Shown here: positions 1-12,896 of the stretch, piece by piece
How positions within the stretch are numbered: position 1 is the stretch's first letter
How the letters are laid out: every line of letters starts with the position of its first letter
Origin: Tubiluchus corallicola
Taxonomy: Eukaryota > Animalia > Priapulida
DNA: 64,000 nt
Assembly: GCA_030141605.1 (NCBI GenBank)
Contig: JAQGDQ010000617.1
Coordinates: forward strand, 1 to 64,000
Reading direction: 5' to 3'
Translations under genes and position numbers: made by a program
The notes under the pieces: model-generated
What the model saw: the letters and a program-made list of their open reading frames with translations, nothing else
What the model was told of the DNA's origin: nothing
Databases searched by the model: none

Positions 1-510
1 GGTAGGTAGGTAGATAGGTACGTAGGTAGGTTAGTACGTAGGTAGATTGATAGGTAGGTAGGTCGGTCGGTAGGTAGGTAGGTAGATAGGTAGATAGGTA
101 CGTAGGTAGGTAGGTAAGTAGGTAGGTAGGTAGGTAGATAGGTTCGTAGGTAGGTAGATAGGTAGGTAGGTAGGTAGATATATAGAAAGGTAGGTAGGTA
201 GTAAGGTTGGTGGGTGGTAGAAGGTGGGTATGTATTAGAAGGAGGGTAGGTAGGACTGGAAGGTTGGTACGTAAGTAGCTAGATAGGTAGGTAGGTAGGT
301 AAGTAGTTAAGTAGGTAGGTAGGTAGTTAAGTAGGTAGGTAGGTAGGTAGATAGGTACGTAGGTAGGTAGGTAGATAGATAGATAGGTACGTAGGTAGGT
401 TGGTAGGTAGGTAGGTAGGTAGGTAGGTAGATAGGTAGGTAGGGAGGTAGGTAGGTAGGTAGGTAGGTAGACAGGTACGTAGGTAGGTAGGTAGGTAAAT
501 CGGTAGGTTA
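1..510. repeat. (GGTA)n tetranucleotide microsatellite, degenerate
   Basis: Seen directly. Confidence 0.97.
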
Positions 511-1355
511 AAACTATAAGAAGGTTGTTTTGCAAATAAGCAGGCACTAGATAAGCATGTAAACATCATAACTGGTTTGCATTCAGCGTTAGATCTATTA
601 TTGTTGAGCTCTGCCATCTGCCGGACATGTTTGACATATTCTTCCTGTATGCGCACAAATGAAACGAAATTTTGTGAAACGCAGGTCTTGTGTTGCGTTT
701 CCTCCTGCATTCGTCACGGTTTTGGACATTTTTTCCACGTAACCCGATTTCTTGTCACTAGATGGCAGCACCATGGCATTACGATTTCACTTGCTTGCTT
801 AAGTCTTAAAGCTTTTATTCGGTCAGATTATGGTCAAACGCAAAGCTAATTGAAACAGTTTTCTGCTGAAACGCGTGCGTACGTTTTTCTACTTTCTTTC
901 TTGTGTGACTCTGCAAACCAGGAAATTTTGAAGCATCTGAATTTGGAGCAAAACGCACTGTCGTTGGCTTTACAATTACCAAACTGAAAGCTTTTCGTTA
1001 AACACTCTGACGCAGTGCAATCTCAGCAGTATGTTGCTGTTAATTAGTAACTTTTAATTTTTTGTAATTTACAGATTTATGATATTTTCACTTTCACAAT
1101 TAGTGACCCAATGTTTTCCGTCAATTTTACTGGGCTGTAAATGCACGAATACACTTTTTTGTATTTAAATTATTATACTAAACTTACATTGTTTCATGCC
1201 AAGCGAAATCAACGTGAAATTCGATTATTTATTTTCAAATCAAAGCAAATCTTTTTTTATAAGGATTTATCTTTTTTTTACCTGTTCTGAAGTTTTCATT
1301 AACAAACATGTGCAGAACAACGCAAAGACTAATTGATAGAGAGAAACAACTCATA

Positions 1356-1850
1356 CTTCTTCTTCTTCTTCCCAGCTTTTCCCTATGTGGGGTCGCCGTT
1401 GTGAATGAGTCTTCTCCACGCATTCCTGTTGTTGACCATCTCTTCATTTATGTCTTCCCTTCCCACGTGATCTTCACCGACTCTTCTTTTCAGGTGTCCA
1501 TACCATCGCAATCTTGCGAGGCTTCCACTACTTTTACTGTTCCTCTGATATTATTATTTCTAATTTTATCTCTTCTTGTTATTCCCACCATCCATCTCAA
1601 CATCCTCATCTCCACCACACCCATTTTTTTCTCTTCGGTCTTCTTTAGAGAAGCTGCTTCCAGCCCATAGACTAGAGCGGGTCTGACCACATCTTTGTGG
1701 ACTTTCCCTTTAAGTCTCACCGACTCAGTCATAGAAGGTTTTGGCACAGTTTTTACAGGCGGATGCCCTTCCTGACCCTAACCCTCCCTATTTATCCGGG
1801 TTTGGGTCCGGCACTGAGTTGGGCTGGCTCCCCCCCCCCGTGGCTAGGTT
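1356..1850 (-). mobile_element. RTE-clade LINE-derived element (3' end of RT ORF, (GAA)n tail, non-coding 5' part)
   Basis: VVRPALVYGLEA...EMRMLRWMVGITRRDKIRNNNIRG is a typical RTE C-terminal region. A (TTC)n run sits at 1356-1371 on the + strand. Confidence 0.85.
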
Positions 1851-1869
1851 AGAAACAACACATACCGGT

Positions 1870-2350
1870 ATGGATAAAAATCAAACCCACACCCACCAGA
1901 ACTCAACCAGATAGACAAAAAAAGTGATTCAGCTACAAGGACGAAACCATGTCTCCCATAGCCCAGCATCTACACAACACGTGTAGTCATGTGCGGATCT
2001 TTACAATGATTCCAATATCAAAATTATATACACAAGAGCAGATCAGATTTTCATCTTAAAATATTGGAAGCAGTAATCATAAATTTTAAAGATCCGATTT
2101 CATGTAGACAAAAAGAGCATGTTACTAACTTGTCTCTGTTTTAGTTACTGAATTTAGTACTAATTTTATTCAGTAACAAACATGGCTGCTTTCAGCAACA
2201 ATTCTAGTTTTCTGCTTTTTCCGAATATTTTCATATAATTGCAGAAGTAGACACTAAAGAGCTCTGCTGAAAAGTCTCGTGTTTTTCAGTTTAGTTACTA
2301 GATGACTGCATATACCTGAGCACTGTCCAGTAAATGCTGAAACTTTACCA
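1870..2350 (+). mobile_element. Penelope-like element remnant (GIY-YIG C-terminus and 3' region)
   Basis: The + strand reads ...LKILEAVIINFKDPISCRQKEHVTNLSLF* near 2055-2145, resembling PLE endonuclease C-termini. A decayed hammerhead-like stretch follows at ~2250-2285. Confidence 0.6.
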
Positions 2351-3059
2351 TCAATTCAATTCAACTCAATTTTATTTTCTCAATAGCAGGTCAAATTCGA
2401 CGTAATTTTTTTTTACATTTCATTGCAACTGAGCAGGAGCAGCGAAAGACCTATTGGTCACTTGGTCAGCTGCCCTCATTAAAAATACAAGTGTTTTTAC
2501 AGGCACAAAACCAGCATGATCTTAGTATTATTGAAAACATTATTAACAAATAATATAGATATCATTGATCAATACTTATTATTTCTACGTAGTATAATAA
2601 AATTATCTATACGTTCTGAAATATATTTATTTGTATCAGCAATTATTATCATCGGCGCTGAGACAAATAATTTACAATAAACCGAAAAAAGTAAAGAAAT
2701 ATGATAGATGAGAAAGGAAAAAGAAATGTGTATTTAACTTCTCAAAGGCTAATGAAAATATTTTCATGTGAAAATCAATGAACACCTGCAAGTACGAGTG
2801 TTTTGGACAAATTGCGCTTATTTCTTAAATTTCTATTAGTCCATGAGCTAAAACTTGCGTTTTGTACAGTAGCCTACATGTTGTACAGCACGAGTTTGAC
2901 AAAAACAGCAATTATCGTAATTTGCAAAAAGGTAAAAATTTTGTCTCTGTTCATCGTTTTGCTTTCGGTTTTAAACGATTTTATACCATTTAATTTTAGC
3001 TGTTTTTATTGCACTTGAGCAATGATAGTTTACCACAACGAAAAAACATTGATTGAACT

Positions 3060-3690
3060 TTCAAGATACAGTACTTTAGTTAGCCTTTAAGGATACAGTA
3101 CTTTACTTGGCTTTTAAGATACAGTACTTTGCTTAGCTTTTGTGATTCAGTACTTTCATTAGCTTTTAAAACACAGTAGATCGGTTGTACTTTTAAGATA
3201 TTGTACTTTGGTTAGATTTTAAAATTGACTAGCTTTTATGATACAGTACTTTGCTTGGCTTTTAAGATACAGTACTTTGCTTAGATTTAAGGATAGAGTA
3301 CTGTGCTTAGCTTTTAAGATAAAGTACTTTCATTAGCTTTTAAAACACAGTACATCGGTTGTACTTTTAAGATATTGTACTTTGGTTAGATTTTAAAATT
3401 GACTAGCTTTTATGATACAGTACTTAATTAGCTTTTAAGATACAGTACATTGATTGTACTTTTAAGACACAGTACATTGATTGTACTTTTAAGATACAGT
3501 ACTTTGTTTAGATTTTAAAATTAACTAGCTTTTATGATACAGTACTTTAGTTTGCTTTTAAGATACAGTACTTTGACTAGCTTTTAAGATACAGAACTTT
3601 GGTTAGCTTTTAAGATACAGTACTTTGGTTGTATTTTTAAGGTACAGTAATTTAGTTAGCTTGTAAGATACAGTACTTTGGTTAACTTTT
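3060..3690. repeat. ~26-bp minisatellite (agcttttaagatacagtactttggtt)
   Basis: About 20 or more degenerate tandem units. Confidence 0.92.
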
Positions 3691-3901
3691 AACTTCTGTG
3701 TGAGCAAATGAAATATGCTGTATGCATGTTGTATGGTGTTATTTGCTGCTTTCAGTTTTAGGGCTTTTCTTCCAATTTGTTGCTTTATTTGATGTGCTTT
3801 CGATCGTTTCTTGTTAGTTTTTTTGATGAATGATTGGAAGAAAGATGAAGAACATTTCAAAAATGGCACTTCTATTTGACTTTTTCTGGTCAATGACTCC
3901 G

Positions 3902-4452
3902 TTAAAGGAAAACCGGATGATTGTCAACTTTAGTTCAGAACAAAGAATGCTCTAAAATATTGAAAACTACAATACTTTATTTTAAATCAAAGCTTAGATT
4001 AAATAATAATGACCTCGGATACTCAAATTTCGTTAAACTTTCAAAGCTATGTGCAGCTGAGTGAATCTACTAAGATTGGCAGCTGCGCCTTTTTGTCACA
4101 TTCGCGTGGCCGACAAATAGAAGGCGGTACGGTGATAACCATGACCATGAACTGCAGTGATAGTTTTTGACGTCATATGACGTAGAGCCCATTTTCGTGG
4201 CATCACGCGGTTAAGCAGTAACACACGCCAAAGTACGCGCAAGGGAAGATGCCTGCCATTGCACAAACTGTAATTAGTTTCTGACGTAAGCAACAGCTGT
4301 GTTCGGTTGCCGTTAATTAACGTTCTAAGCTAGTTATTCACATATAAGAAATAATTGCTAACTTTTATAAGCAACAAAATGTACAGGCAAGAAATTTTGG
4401 ACAGTTAATTAAAATGAGATCGAATCTAAACAATCGCCCGGTTTTCCTTTAA
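3902..4452 (+). mobile_element. TTAA-flanked MITE (Kolobok-like), family E
   Basis: ttaa-AGGAAAACCGG ... CCGGTTTTCCT-ttaa is a perfect TIR. A diverged reverse-complement copy lies at 53984-54530. Confidence 0.8.
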
Positions 4453-4539
4453 TATTTGATTTTTTGTCCCGCTTGCCGTAATAAATATTTTACTATTTAT
4501 GCCTTGTGTGTAATGCAAGGTTAAGGTAGGCCATATTGC

Positions 4540-5460
4540 TGGGGTTGCAACTCCATCTGTGAACCAAAGTAAGGAGTCAAGAGGCAGGTAGGGGGCCAGT
4601 AAGCTCCCTCAAGAGGCCCTAGACGCAGCCCCGGAAACCAAGCATTTCCTGCATTTTATATGTTTTACAGAAACTTTTATGTCTTTTTCAGAAACTAAAA
4701 TCAAAATATTCAAACTTCAAGGCAGTACAAATTCTTACTTTTAGACGCCAAAAAGCCCGAGAAGTCTTAAACTTTCAAAAGTTCAAGCAGTGTACATCAA
4801 TTTTTGGAGTTGCTTCCCAGTCCCATTTCTCGCATTTTCTGGGGTTTCTGGGATTCGGGTTGGATTAGGGCTAGAGTAGGGTTGGAGTTGGGTTACTGTT
4901 GGATTAGGGTTAGGGCTAGAGTAGGGTTTTTGTTAGGGTTAGGGCTAGAGTAGGGTTGGAGTTAGGTTACTGTTGGATTAGGGTTAGGGTTAGAGGAGGG
5001 TTATGGTTAGTGTTAGGGCTAGAGGAGGGCTGTTGTTAGGGTTAGGACTAGGGTAGGGTTAGGAAAATTAAATTATTAAGCACTTTGTATTATGTCGATT
5101 AAAACTAAAGCAGAAGAATGCTTGCTTTGCAGTATTTGCCGCTGCAACAGAAATGGCAAAAAATGAACACAGGTGATAGGTGAAGCCATGTAACCGATTT
5201 AGCCTAATTTAACAGGTGAAACATGAAGCCATGTAACCGATTAAGCATTTTGCTGTTACCTAAATTAACTGAGCCCCGGTTGTTTTTGGCTCCATCTTTT
5301 GCAAAGTTTCAACAGCTACACGCTTTCCCGCATTTTTCCTCTTAAATTTTAATGTGATGGTGGGAATCAGGAGCTTTCTGAATTTTTCACAAACCCGACT
5401 ACGGATCTGTGGCTGAATTTGAGGAGATTCCGGGCCAAATCAGGAGTGTTGGCAACCCTA
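4540..5460. mobile_element. Non-autonomous DNA transposon with 8-bp TSD (hAT- or P-like) carrying a TTAGGG-like array
   Basis: Termini are tggggttgcaac and gttggcaacccta. Flanks catattgc (4532-4539) and catgttgc (5461-5468) match 7/8. Confidence 0.7.
4857..5063 (+). repeat. Degenerate (TTAGGG)n-like interstitial array
   Basis: ggttagggttagggctagagtagggtt variants. Confidence 0.9.
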
Positions 5461-5737
5461 CATGTTGCTGTGTTGGCAACCCTACATGTTGCTCATGTTA
5501 GGTGCATACGTAGTGGTAGTCCTATCGACAAACATGGAAAGAATTATGCGCATGCTCACTTGTACTTCTTCAGAAGCAAATATAATATACACATAACATC
5601 AGAGTTACGAAGTAAGAATTGTATAAAAACGAACAAAATATTTATAAAAATAATAGTAAGAGTGTGTAGTTGTTCAAGATGAATATGCAGCGTGTGAACA
5701 ATGTGTGAACAATTTATTACAACTCCGTGATTATTAT

Positions 5738-6070
5738 ATTTGTGCCATTTTTACTTGTACCATTTTTAACTACTTTTCCATTTCTCCCATCTTACAGGTG
5801 CCATTTTACCTACCTTTCCATTTGTGCCATTTTTACTTGTGCCACTTTTTCCTGTGCGATAATTTCCTGTGCTATTTTACTGTGCCATTTTCCTGGACGA
5901 TCATTTCGTGTGCCATTTTTACCTACTTTTCCATTTTTGCCATTTTTACCTACTTTTTATTTGTGCCATTTTACATGTGCCATTTTTACCTACTTTTCTA
6001 TTTGTGCCATTTTTACTGTGCCATTTTCACCCGTGCGATTTTACCTATGCCATTTTTACCTGTGCCAATC
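5738..6070. repeat. Degenerate ~15-bp tandem repeat (tgtgccatttttacc)
   Basis: Seen directly. It explains the spurious Cys/Phe-rich ORFs here. Confidence 0.9.
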
Positions 6071-6864
6071 TTACCTCCATTCATTACAGGCCAGGCTTGG
6101 TAATGAAGTAGTCATCCAAGAGCAATGCCGGTAATGCAATTGCTGAAGACCTGGCCCACATATACCCCATTTTGATCACGTGCGAGTTCACACAGCTGCC
6201 GCCGCTAGACTTCAGAACTTATTCCGCCATAATGTATGACAGTATTGAATATTCTTTTCGACCTTACCGCTGACACGAAATGTCGCTTCTTGCATTTATT
6301 TCGGCAAATCGGCATCGCATTTTCGATTTCTCCAACTCGAATAATCATCAATATCTGTTCAAATTCTGCCGCCATACGAGAACCAGTTGCGCAATCTTTG
6401 CGATTATCAAAAGGCGATAAATAACCAGCTGATTTCAAAGACGGAATTCGATTAGTCCTGCATATATTTAATCAAGACTCTTGTACGCCGAACCAACAAT
6501 TGGGTCTGTTCACTTTGAAGTTTGTTTTCGTTCAATGTCACTTGCAGTATCGTTAAATGCTCGCTCTTGCTATGCATGTATTTTCAAAATTTAAAAAACA
6601 GATTATGCCAAATTTTACATGGCAATTTTTAGCAAATGTAGGAAGACGATACGCATATTGATTTTAAATTTTTGGCTGTAGACGAGATATAAGCTCCAAT
6701 GAATTTATGGTTGTGTTTATAAATCGAAAAAAAAAAATTAAATTTCAAATATAATTACAGTATAACTAATCTGCCAGATTAAAGTGCCAGATAAAATTTT
6801 CAAAATCTTATTCGTTTAAAGTTTACAATTGCGCGCACACATAAGAAATTAGTTTATGAAACGC

Positions 6865-7266
6865 ATTAGGTTAAGGTTAAGATTAAGATTAGCATTAGGT
6901 AAGGGTTAGGGTAAGAGTTGGGTTAGTGATGGATTAGGGTTAGGGCTAGGGTTGGATTAGGGCTAGAGTTGGGTTAGGGTTAGGGTTGGATTAGGGCTAG
7001 AGTTGGATTAGGGTAGGGTTAAGGTTGGATTAAGGCTAGAGTAGGGTTAGAGTTGGGTTAGTGCTGGATTAGGGTTAGGGTTAGAGCTAGGGTTAGGGTT
7101 AGGACTAGGGTTGTATTGGGATTAGGATTAGAGTAGGGTTATGGTTAGGGTTAGAGCTAGGGTTAGGGTTAGGACTAGGGTTGGATTAGGGTTAGGAATA
7201 GAGTAGGGTTATGGTTAGGGTTAGAGCTAGGGTTAGGGTTACGACTAGGGTTGGATTGGGGTTAGG
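6865..7266 (+). repeat. Degenerate (TTAGGG)n-like interstitial array
   Basis: Same unit variants as 4857-5063. Both arrays end in ggttaggaaa followed by an AT-rich ttaaatt. Confidence 0.9.
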
Positions 7267-7829
7267 AAATTTAAATTGCGTGGAAATTGTAAACTCCCTC
7301 CTCTGATTCAACATTTTAACGTAAAACTGCAGATTTCATGCACCCATACTTGTTGCAGAAAATTATTCGCGTTATCGATATAAATTTGCGTGTAATATGT
7401 CATTACGTTATCACATTTGCTTTTTTATTTTACGTAATTGTATATATAATTAAGTTAATATATATTGTACCATATAAAATATTATTTTATATAATTAAAT
7501 ATCCAAGCATTTTAAAGTGAATAGCAAAGGGTTGGTTGGCTGGCCGAATTGGCAAGGTTCAGTAAATATGAAAAGGGGGGAAATGAAAATGGAATAACAG
7601 CTTTGCCATGTCCCGTGACGAAGACTAGAACAATCTGCAACCTGTCATGTTTCCTGTATCTTTTGTTTTATTATATTTTTATCCAAAGATGCCAATAAAC
7701 AAAGTGCTTCTCTTATGAATTCGTTTTATTAAAATCTTTTCAAACATTGACCATTAGAGTAAGAATTTGTTTGCATGATAATATATACAATTCTAATTTC
7801 GAAGAGTGCTTTCTTTCTCTCGCTTCCCC

Positions 7830-7894
7830 CCCTCTCTCTCTCTCTCGCTCTCCCTCTCTCTCTTTCTCTCTCTCTCTTTCTCTCTCTCTCTCTT

Positions 7895-7943
<49 letters not shown>

Positions 7944-7952
7944 CCTCTCTCT
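7830..7952. repeat. (TC)n microsatellite
   Basis: Seen directly. Confidence 0.95.
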
Positions 7953-8564
7953 ATTGTTTTAGTCGTTTAGCTTTCTCTTTATCTTTTCTCTCTCTAACTC
8001 CTTTGTCTTTTTTCTAATCTGTTTTTTCCCTCTTTTTTCTTTCTTTCTTTTCTCTTTTTTATTCTCGTTCTTTTGTGCTCTTCTCTGATCTTCAAAAAAG
8101 AAGCTAATTTTATGGTTATCCATTCATTATACTGATTTCTTGAGGTTATTTTAGGATTAAATTTTATTTTGCCAATATTAGTAAATATCTTATAATTGTC
8201 ACTTTGCAAATTATTACTTTTCAACTGCGCTAAATCTCTGTTATGTTTTCTCAATAAAAGTTTAGCTTGAAGAAAAAATTAAAAAAAACTTAATCACGTT
8301 AATAAAAATGCCTGGGTCATCCATCCAATTCAAACTCTCAGGCCTAACTGTTCTTGAATTTTGTTACAATATTGTGTACAGGTTACAATAAAAACAACAG
8401 AAGATAAAACGTGTGTAAAAACACTTTGCGAAAGGTAATAAATGAAATTTAAGCAGGTAACAGAGGTAAAAGAGTGCTGCTTTAAGTGAAATGCAAATAA
8501 CTTAACATGTTGGGTTTGTGCAAGAGAAAGTTAATTTATACTGCCCTTTATATAAATTTTTTGG

Positions 8565-8998
8565 TACGGTGGTTGCCGTCATTTGTTAAAGCTTGTGACG
8601 TAACTGGTTCACTTCGTGACTTTTCGTAAGCGAATCGTGGGTTTCCGTAAGCGCGAACTGCTTAAACCAATTCAAACTTCTGCAGCTTACCTAATATTCG
8701 CGCAGAAATGTCGTTAAATTAACTACCTAAATCTTTGTAAAAACTTTTTATGCTTTACCCGGAAATTGACAGTGCGCTACTTTTCTTCAGCAAATAATTG
8801 ACGTCACTGGTGGAAGAATGAGTCGAGCATTCAAAGTGGAAGCACCCAAACGTGAAATTACTGAAATGAACGCGAGTTTAAAATGATTTTACTAATTAGA
8901 CGAGGCGCTTTGCACACTTTTATTACTAAATCTTTCGAACATTTTTCGGAAACATTGGAACAAGTCTATCTCCTCAGAAGGCTTGATCTTTCCTTTAA
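8565..8998 (+). mobile_element. Dispersed repeat family D (ends tttcct-ttaa; Kolobok-like MITE)
   Basis: The core ggttgccgtcatttg...gtgacgtaactgg...caaagtggaagc recurs at ~51930-52310 and ~59520-59892. Confidence 0.7.
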
Positions 8999-10147
8999 TA
9001 ACCTTGTGGTTTTCTTGCTATGACACAGCTTTTTAAACTAACGCAATTACGTCCGCGCAGGAAGCAAGTTCTGTTTTGTAGTTTCAACAAGATTTATGTG
9101 AAACTGCAGTTCCCGAATCGTGTAACTAATGAGAGGGAACACGGTGAATAACAATCTGCTTAGCCCTGTTACAGCAAAGTGGTCAATTGAGCTTAATGTA
9201 TTAAAGCGGTTAAGCATGGTCTGAACTTTACTTAACGACTGGCACAGAATTCATTTAAAATTCTCGCAGAAATGGTGGCGTATCAAGATTTTACGACGCT
9301 TTAGGCTGATAGTTTTGTCCCTTCCATCTCTATTGCAAATTTATGGTTGCTTATATAATGAGTAGATTAGACAATTACTTGTGGTGTATTAGAAACACTA
9401 TTAACCTTGTTTTTACGTGATCAATATTAATTATATGTATTTTTATACCGCTTATATTCAACTAGGCTGCGCAAATGCTTGTTGTGTAATATCTTGCACT
9501 TGTTCGTTATGTGGCACATATATAAGGGTTGACTCATTAACTGCCTGTGGTGTGTTATAAAATGCGCCCTTTACATTAATGTGTAAGTATACACATTTTC
9601 CGAGGCGAATAAGATTTTTTTTTCTAAACTGTGACACCCTTAAACTTTGGCGCCCTAGTCTACAGCCTAGTTGGTTAATACGCCCCTGCGCAGAACTCTC
9701 GCGAGCAGCACACACACACTCTCTCTCTCCCTCGCTCTCTCTTAGCTAATGGTTTCTCGGCGAAAATTTTTCCAGACAAAATCATTAGCCGTTGCTCATT
9801 TTTTATCACGTCGGCAAAAGATGAAAGTTAAGAAGCGGGATTATTAATGGTTGCTCGTGTGGGTATACTCCATTTGTCGGCGTATTCAAAACTGAAGCGC
9901 AGCACACAGTTACAGCAACTCCAACAGAATCAATACATTGTCTCTTTCTGGGTGTGTTTTTTCTCGAGCAAAATGATGCCAGTTTTTGATTTATGGAATT
10001 TTTCGCGACATTTTAACATGGAGGCTTTTGCTCGCTTACAAACATGGACAAAATGCTATAATTGCTCGTATAGAGCCGGTAGCTCTAAAGAAGCAACATT
10101 ACAGACGAAATGTGTGTGAGATAAGTTCTGCAAAATTGTCGTTATAC

Positions 10148-10557
10148 GACAATGTGCCTACGTTTATTAAACTGTATGATTTCTTTATGACATGACCTTA
10201 ATGGTTTTTTCTTAATTTTGTGTCCTTTTTCAAAAGAAAAAACAATTTCATTCAAATATGAATTTCTTTTCATTTTCTAGGACAACACAAGAAAATAACC
10301 GAATGATTACTACTCAAGGGTGGTAAGCCATACTAGAGTTGTCCTTCTACAACAATATGCCTCGTTTATTAAACTGTATGATTTGTTTAGGACATGGCCT
10401 TAATGGTGTCTTCTAAATTTTGTGTCCTTTCTCAAAAGAAAACACACAATTTCTTTCAAATATGAATTTCTTTTCATTTTCTAGGACAACACAAGAAAAT
10501 AACCAAATGATTACTACACAAGGGTGGTAAGCTATACTAGAGTTGACCGTCTACAAG
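10148..10557. repeat. ~205-bp direct tandem duplication
   Basis: 10148-10350 is nearly repeated at 10351-10557. Confidence 0.9.
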
Positions 10558-11594
10558 AATGTACCAATCGTCTTGTGTCATGATGTAAACGAACACGAAT
10601 TTTTCACATTGAATGTAGCATCCAAAAAAATCAGCGCAAATTTTATAATTTTTGATGCTTGTGTCACAATATTTTTCAAGACGATTTCAACAAATGTTCT
10701 TCAACTTTTTGCATTTATAAAATTATAATAATGTAATTATGATTTTTTTATACTTATATTAGCCAACATTTGTATATTTCTGAACCATAATAAAATTCGA
10801 ATGCGTTTCTATTTTAATTCTTTCAACCCACCTGATTTATGCTTTCTTATTATCTACGAACTTTTGTTACATATAGAAGCCTTTTATATACAGGTAAACA
10901 TTCACCATTATCCAAAGATATTAGAATAATAATAATGCTCATCTTTGATAAGTTTGATAATATTTCTGTTGATGGAAGGAAGAAATTTGTTCAATAAATT
11001 AAATTTCCAGGGATGCGTTTTTCTCATTTGTTTATTATTAAGTCAAATTTATATTTAATTCTGTTTAATTAGAAGCGCTGTTCATAATTAAAAAATTCAA
11101 ATTGAGCACAAATTCTACAAATGTTTTCTTAAGTTTAACGTTTCCTTTTAAGAAAAGCGGCTTTAAAGTTACATAGAAGACAAGCTTAGCACCATTTCCT
11201 GACAATGGCTTCTTCTCGCTGGCTTCGTAATAGACTTGGATGCACAGTATAAAGAATCAGCCTAGCAAGGACATTGGCTTCAGTCACTGATAGCTGCAGA
11301 CTTACAGTCGTGAAAAACGTAAAAATTCTAGGCCTGTGCTGCTTACAACAACCGATTTTCGCGTCATAGACTCGGAAAACTGCAATAGTGGTTGCAAGGA
11401 TTTTACTTAATTGGATCCACAGCAGCGGAGCTAGCAAATCAAAACGATCTTCCTCCAGGACATCATTCTGCTGCCCCCTACTTGCCACTTACAAGCAAAT
11501 AAACTTTGTGAACCACTAGATAGAACAATTAACCAATACCTGTTACCCAATACGATAACGTAAACAAATAATACATGAGTGTATACGGGGGGGG

Positions 11595-12115
11595 GGGTGT
11601 AGTCAGATTCTAAAGTTAGGGGGAGCAAGCACATAAAAACGCACCGTGACAGGGGCGTAGCCAGGTTCTAAAGTTAGGGAGAGCAAGCACACAAAAACGC
11701 ACCGTGACAGGGGCGTAGCCAGGTTCTAAAGGTAGGGGTAGCAAGCACACAAAAACGCACCGTGACAGGGGCGTAGCCAGGTTCTAAAGGTAGGGGGAGC
11801 AAGCACACAAAAACGCACCGTGACAGGGGCGTAGCCAGGTTCTAAAGGTAGGGGTAGCAAGCACACAAAAACGCACCGTGACAGGGGCGTAGCCAGGTTC
11901 TAAAGGTAGGGGGAGCAAGCACACAAAAACCCACCGTGACAGGGGCGTAGCCAGGTTCTAAAGGTAGGGGGAGCAAGCACACAAAAACGCACCGTGACAG
12001 GGGCGTAGCCAGATTCTAAAGTTAGCGGGAGCAAGCACACAAAAACGCACCGTGACAGGGGCGTAGCCAGGTTCTAAAGTTAGGGGGAACAAGTACATAA
12101 AAACGCACCGTGACG
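11595..12115. repeat. 60-bp tandem repeat, ~8.5 near-identical copies
   Basis: Unit caggggcgtagccaggttctaaaggtagggggagcaagcacacaaaaacgcaccgtga. Confidence 0.95.
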
Positions 12116-12423
12116 AATATTAAACATTTTTTAAGGCGTTAATTATACATTTTAATCTTGTGTTTCAAATTAAGGAACATACAGTTTTTAAGGAAGTACA
12201 TGATTGTTATTTTGTATTTAAAAACACAATAAAGGTTTTCTTCATAGCATTCCTTACAGAAAAGAAATCTATGATAATATGATTGCTTTTCCTGACAATC
12301 TTAACAACGGCCATGACCATTATACCCTCATAATAAAACTTAAAGACACAGAAACTTGGTAACTTGCATATGCAATATAATATTATAATTGACAGTAGGT
12401 CTACTACTAAATAATCGTGTCTA

Positions 12424-12536
12424 GACAATCGTATACAGTAGACAGTACTGTACAATCGTATACAGTAGACAGTACTGTACAATAGTATACAGTAGACAGT
12501 ACTGTACAATCGTATATAGTAGACAGTACTGTACAA
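12424..12536. repeat. ~27-bp tandem repeat x4
   Basis: Unit acaatcgtatacagtagacagtactgt. Confidence 0.9.
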
Positions 12537-12896
12537 ACGTCAGACAAGAATAGTAATAATCATAAAAAGTACATATGGGACAATTTGATCCTTGGTAAAA
12601 TCTGCCAGCCTTGACAAATGAGTTGGGTAAATGCACGCTCGTTTGAAAAACACGGGAGGGAGGTTGTTCAATTGACTCAATTGCTGAAAAGGCGCCAATT
12701 TTCGAAAACGTGCCAGGAGAGCGGTTACTCCCCCCCCCTTGCTCCCCCATATTAGCTACGCCATGCATTGGTACTCATAAATATGGTTTAGTATAGTACT
12801 GTACAGTGTTGTATAGTACTGCATTATATCTACAGAGTGTATTAATTTATGCGTACCCATCATATTAGTGCTGTATCGTAGAGGAAATTCTGAAGC

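Larger units (their letters stand above)
11590..12765. mobile_element. hAT-like non-autonomous element with tandemly amplified left end
   Basis: The left unit begins CAGGGGCGTAGC and the right end reads GCTACGCCATG (~12755-12765), with complementary gggggagcaag/cttgctccccc subterminal motifs. No TSD is evident. Confidence 0.6.

Noticed and set aside
845-880. Additional hammerhead (TTGAAAC...GAAACGCGT), and similar at 35518-35545
   Set aside because: The core or stems are too degenerate to support a call.
10062-10096. Small hairpin TAGAGC-cggta-GCTCTA
   Set aside because: The stem is too short to distinguish from chance.
11595-12115. CRISPR-like regular array
   Set aside because: Units are near-identical head-to-tail with no unique spacers, there are no cas genes, and the context is eukaryotic. 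The same applies to the arrays at 33.6, 46.0 and 58.6 kb.
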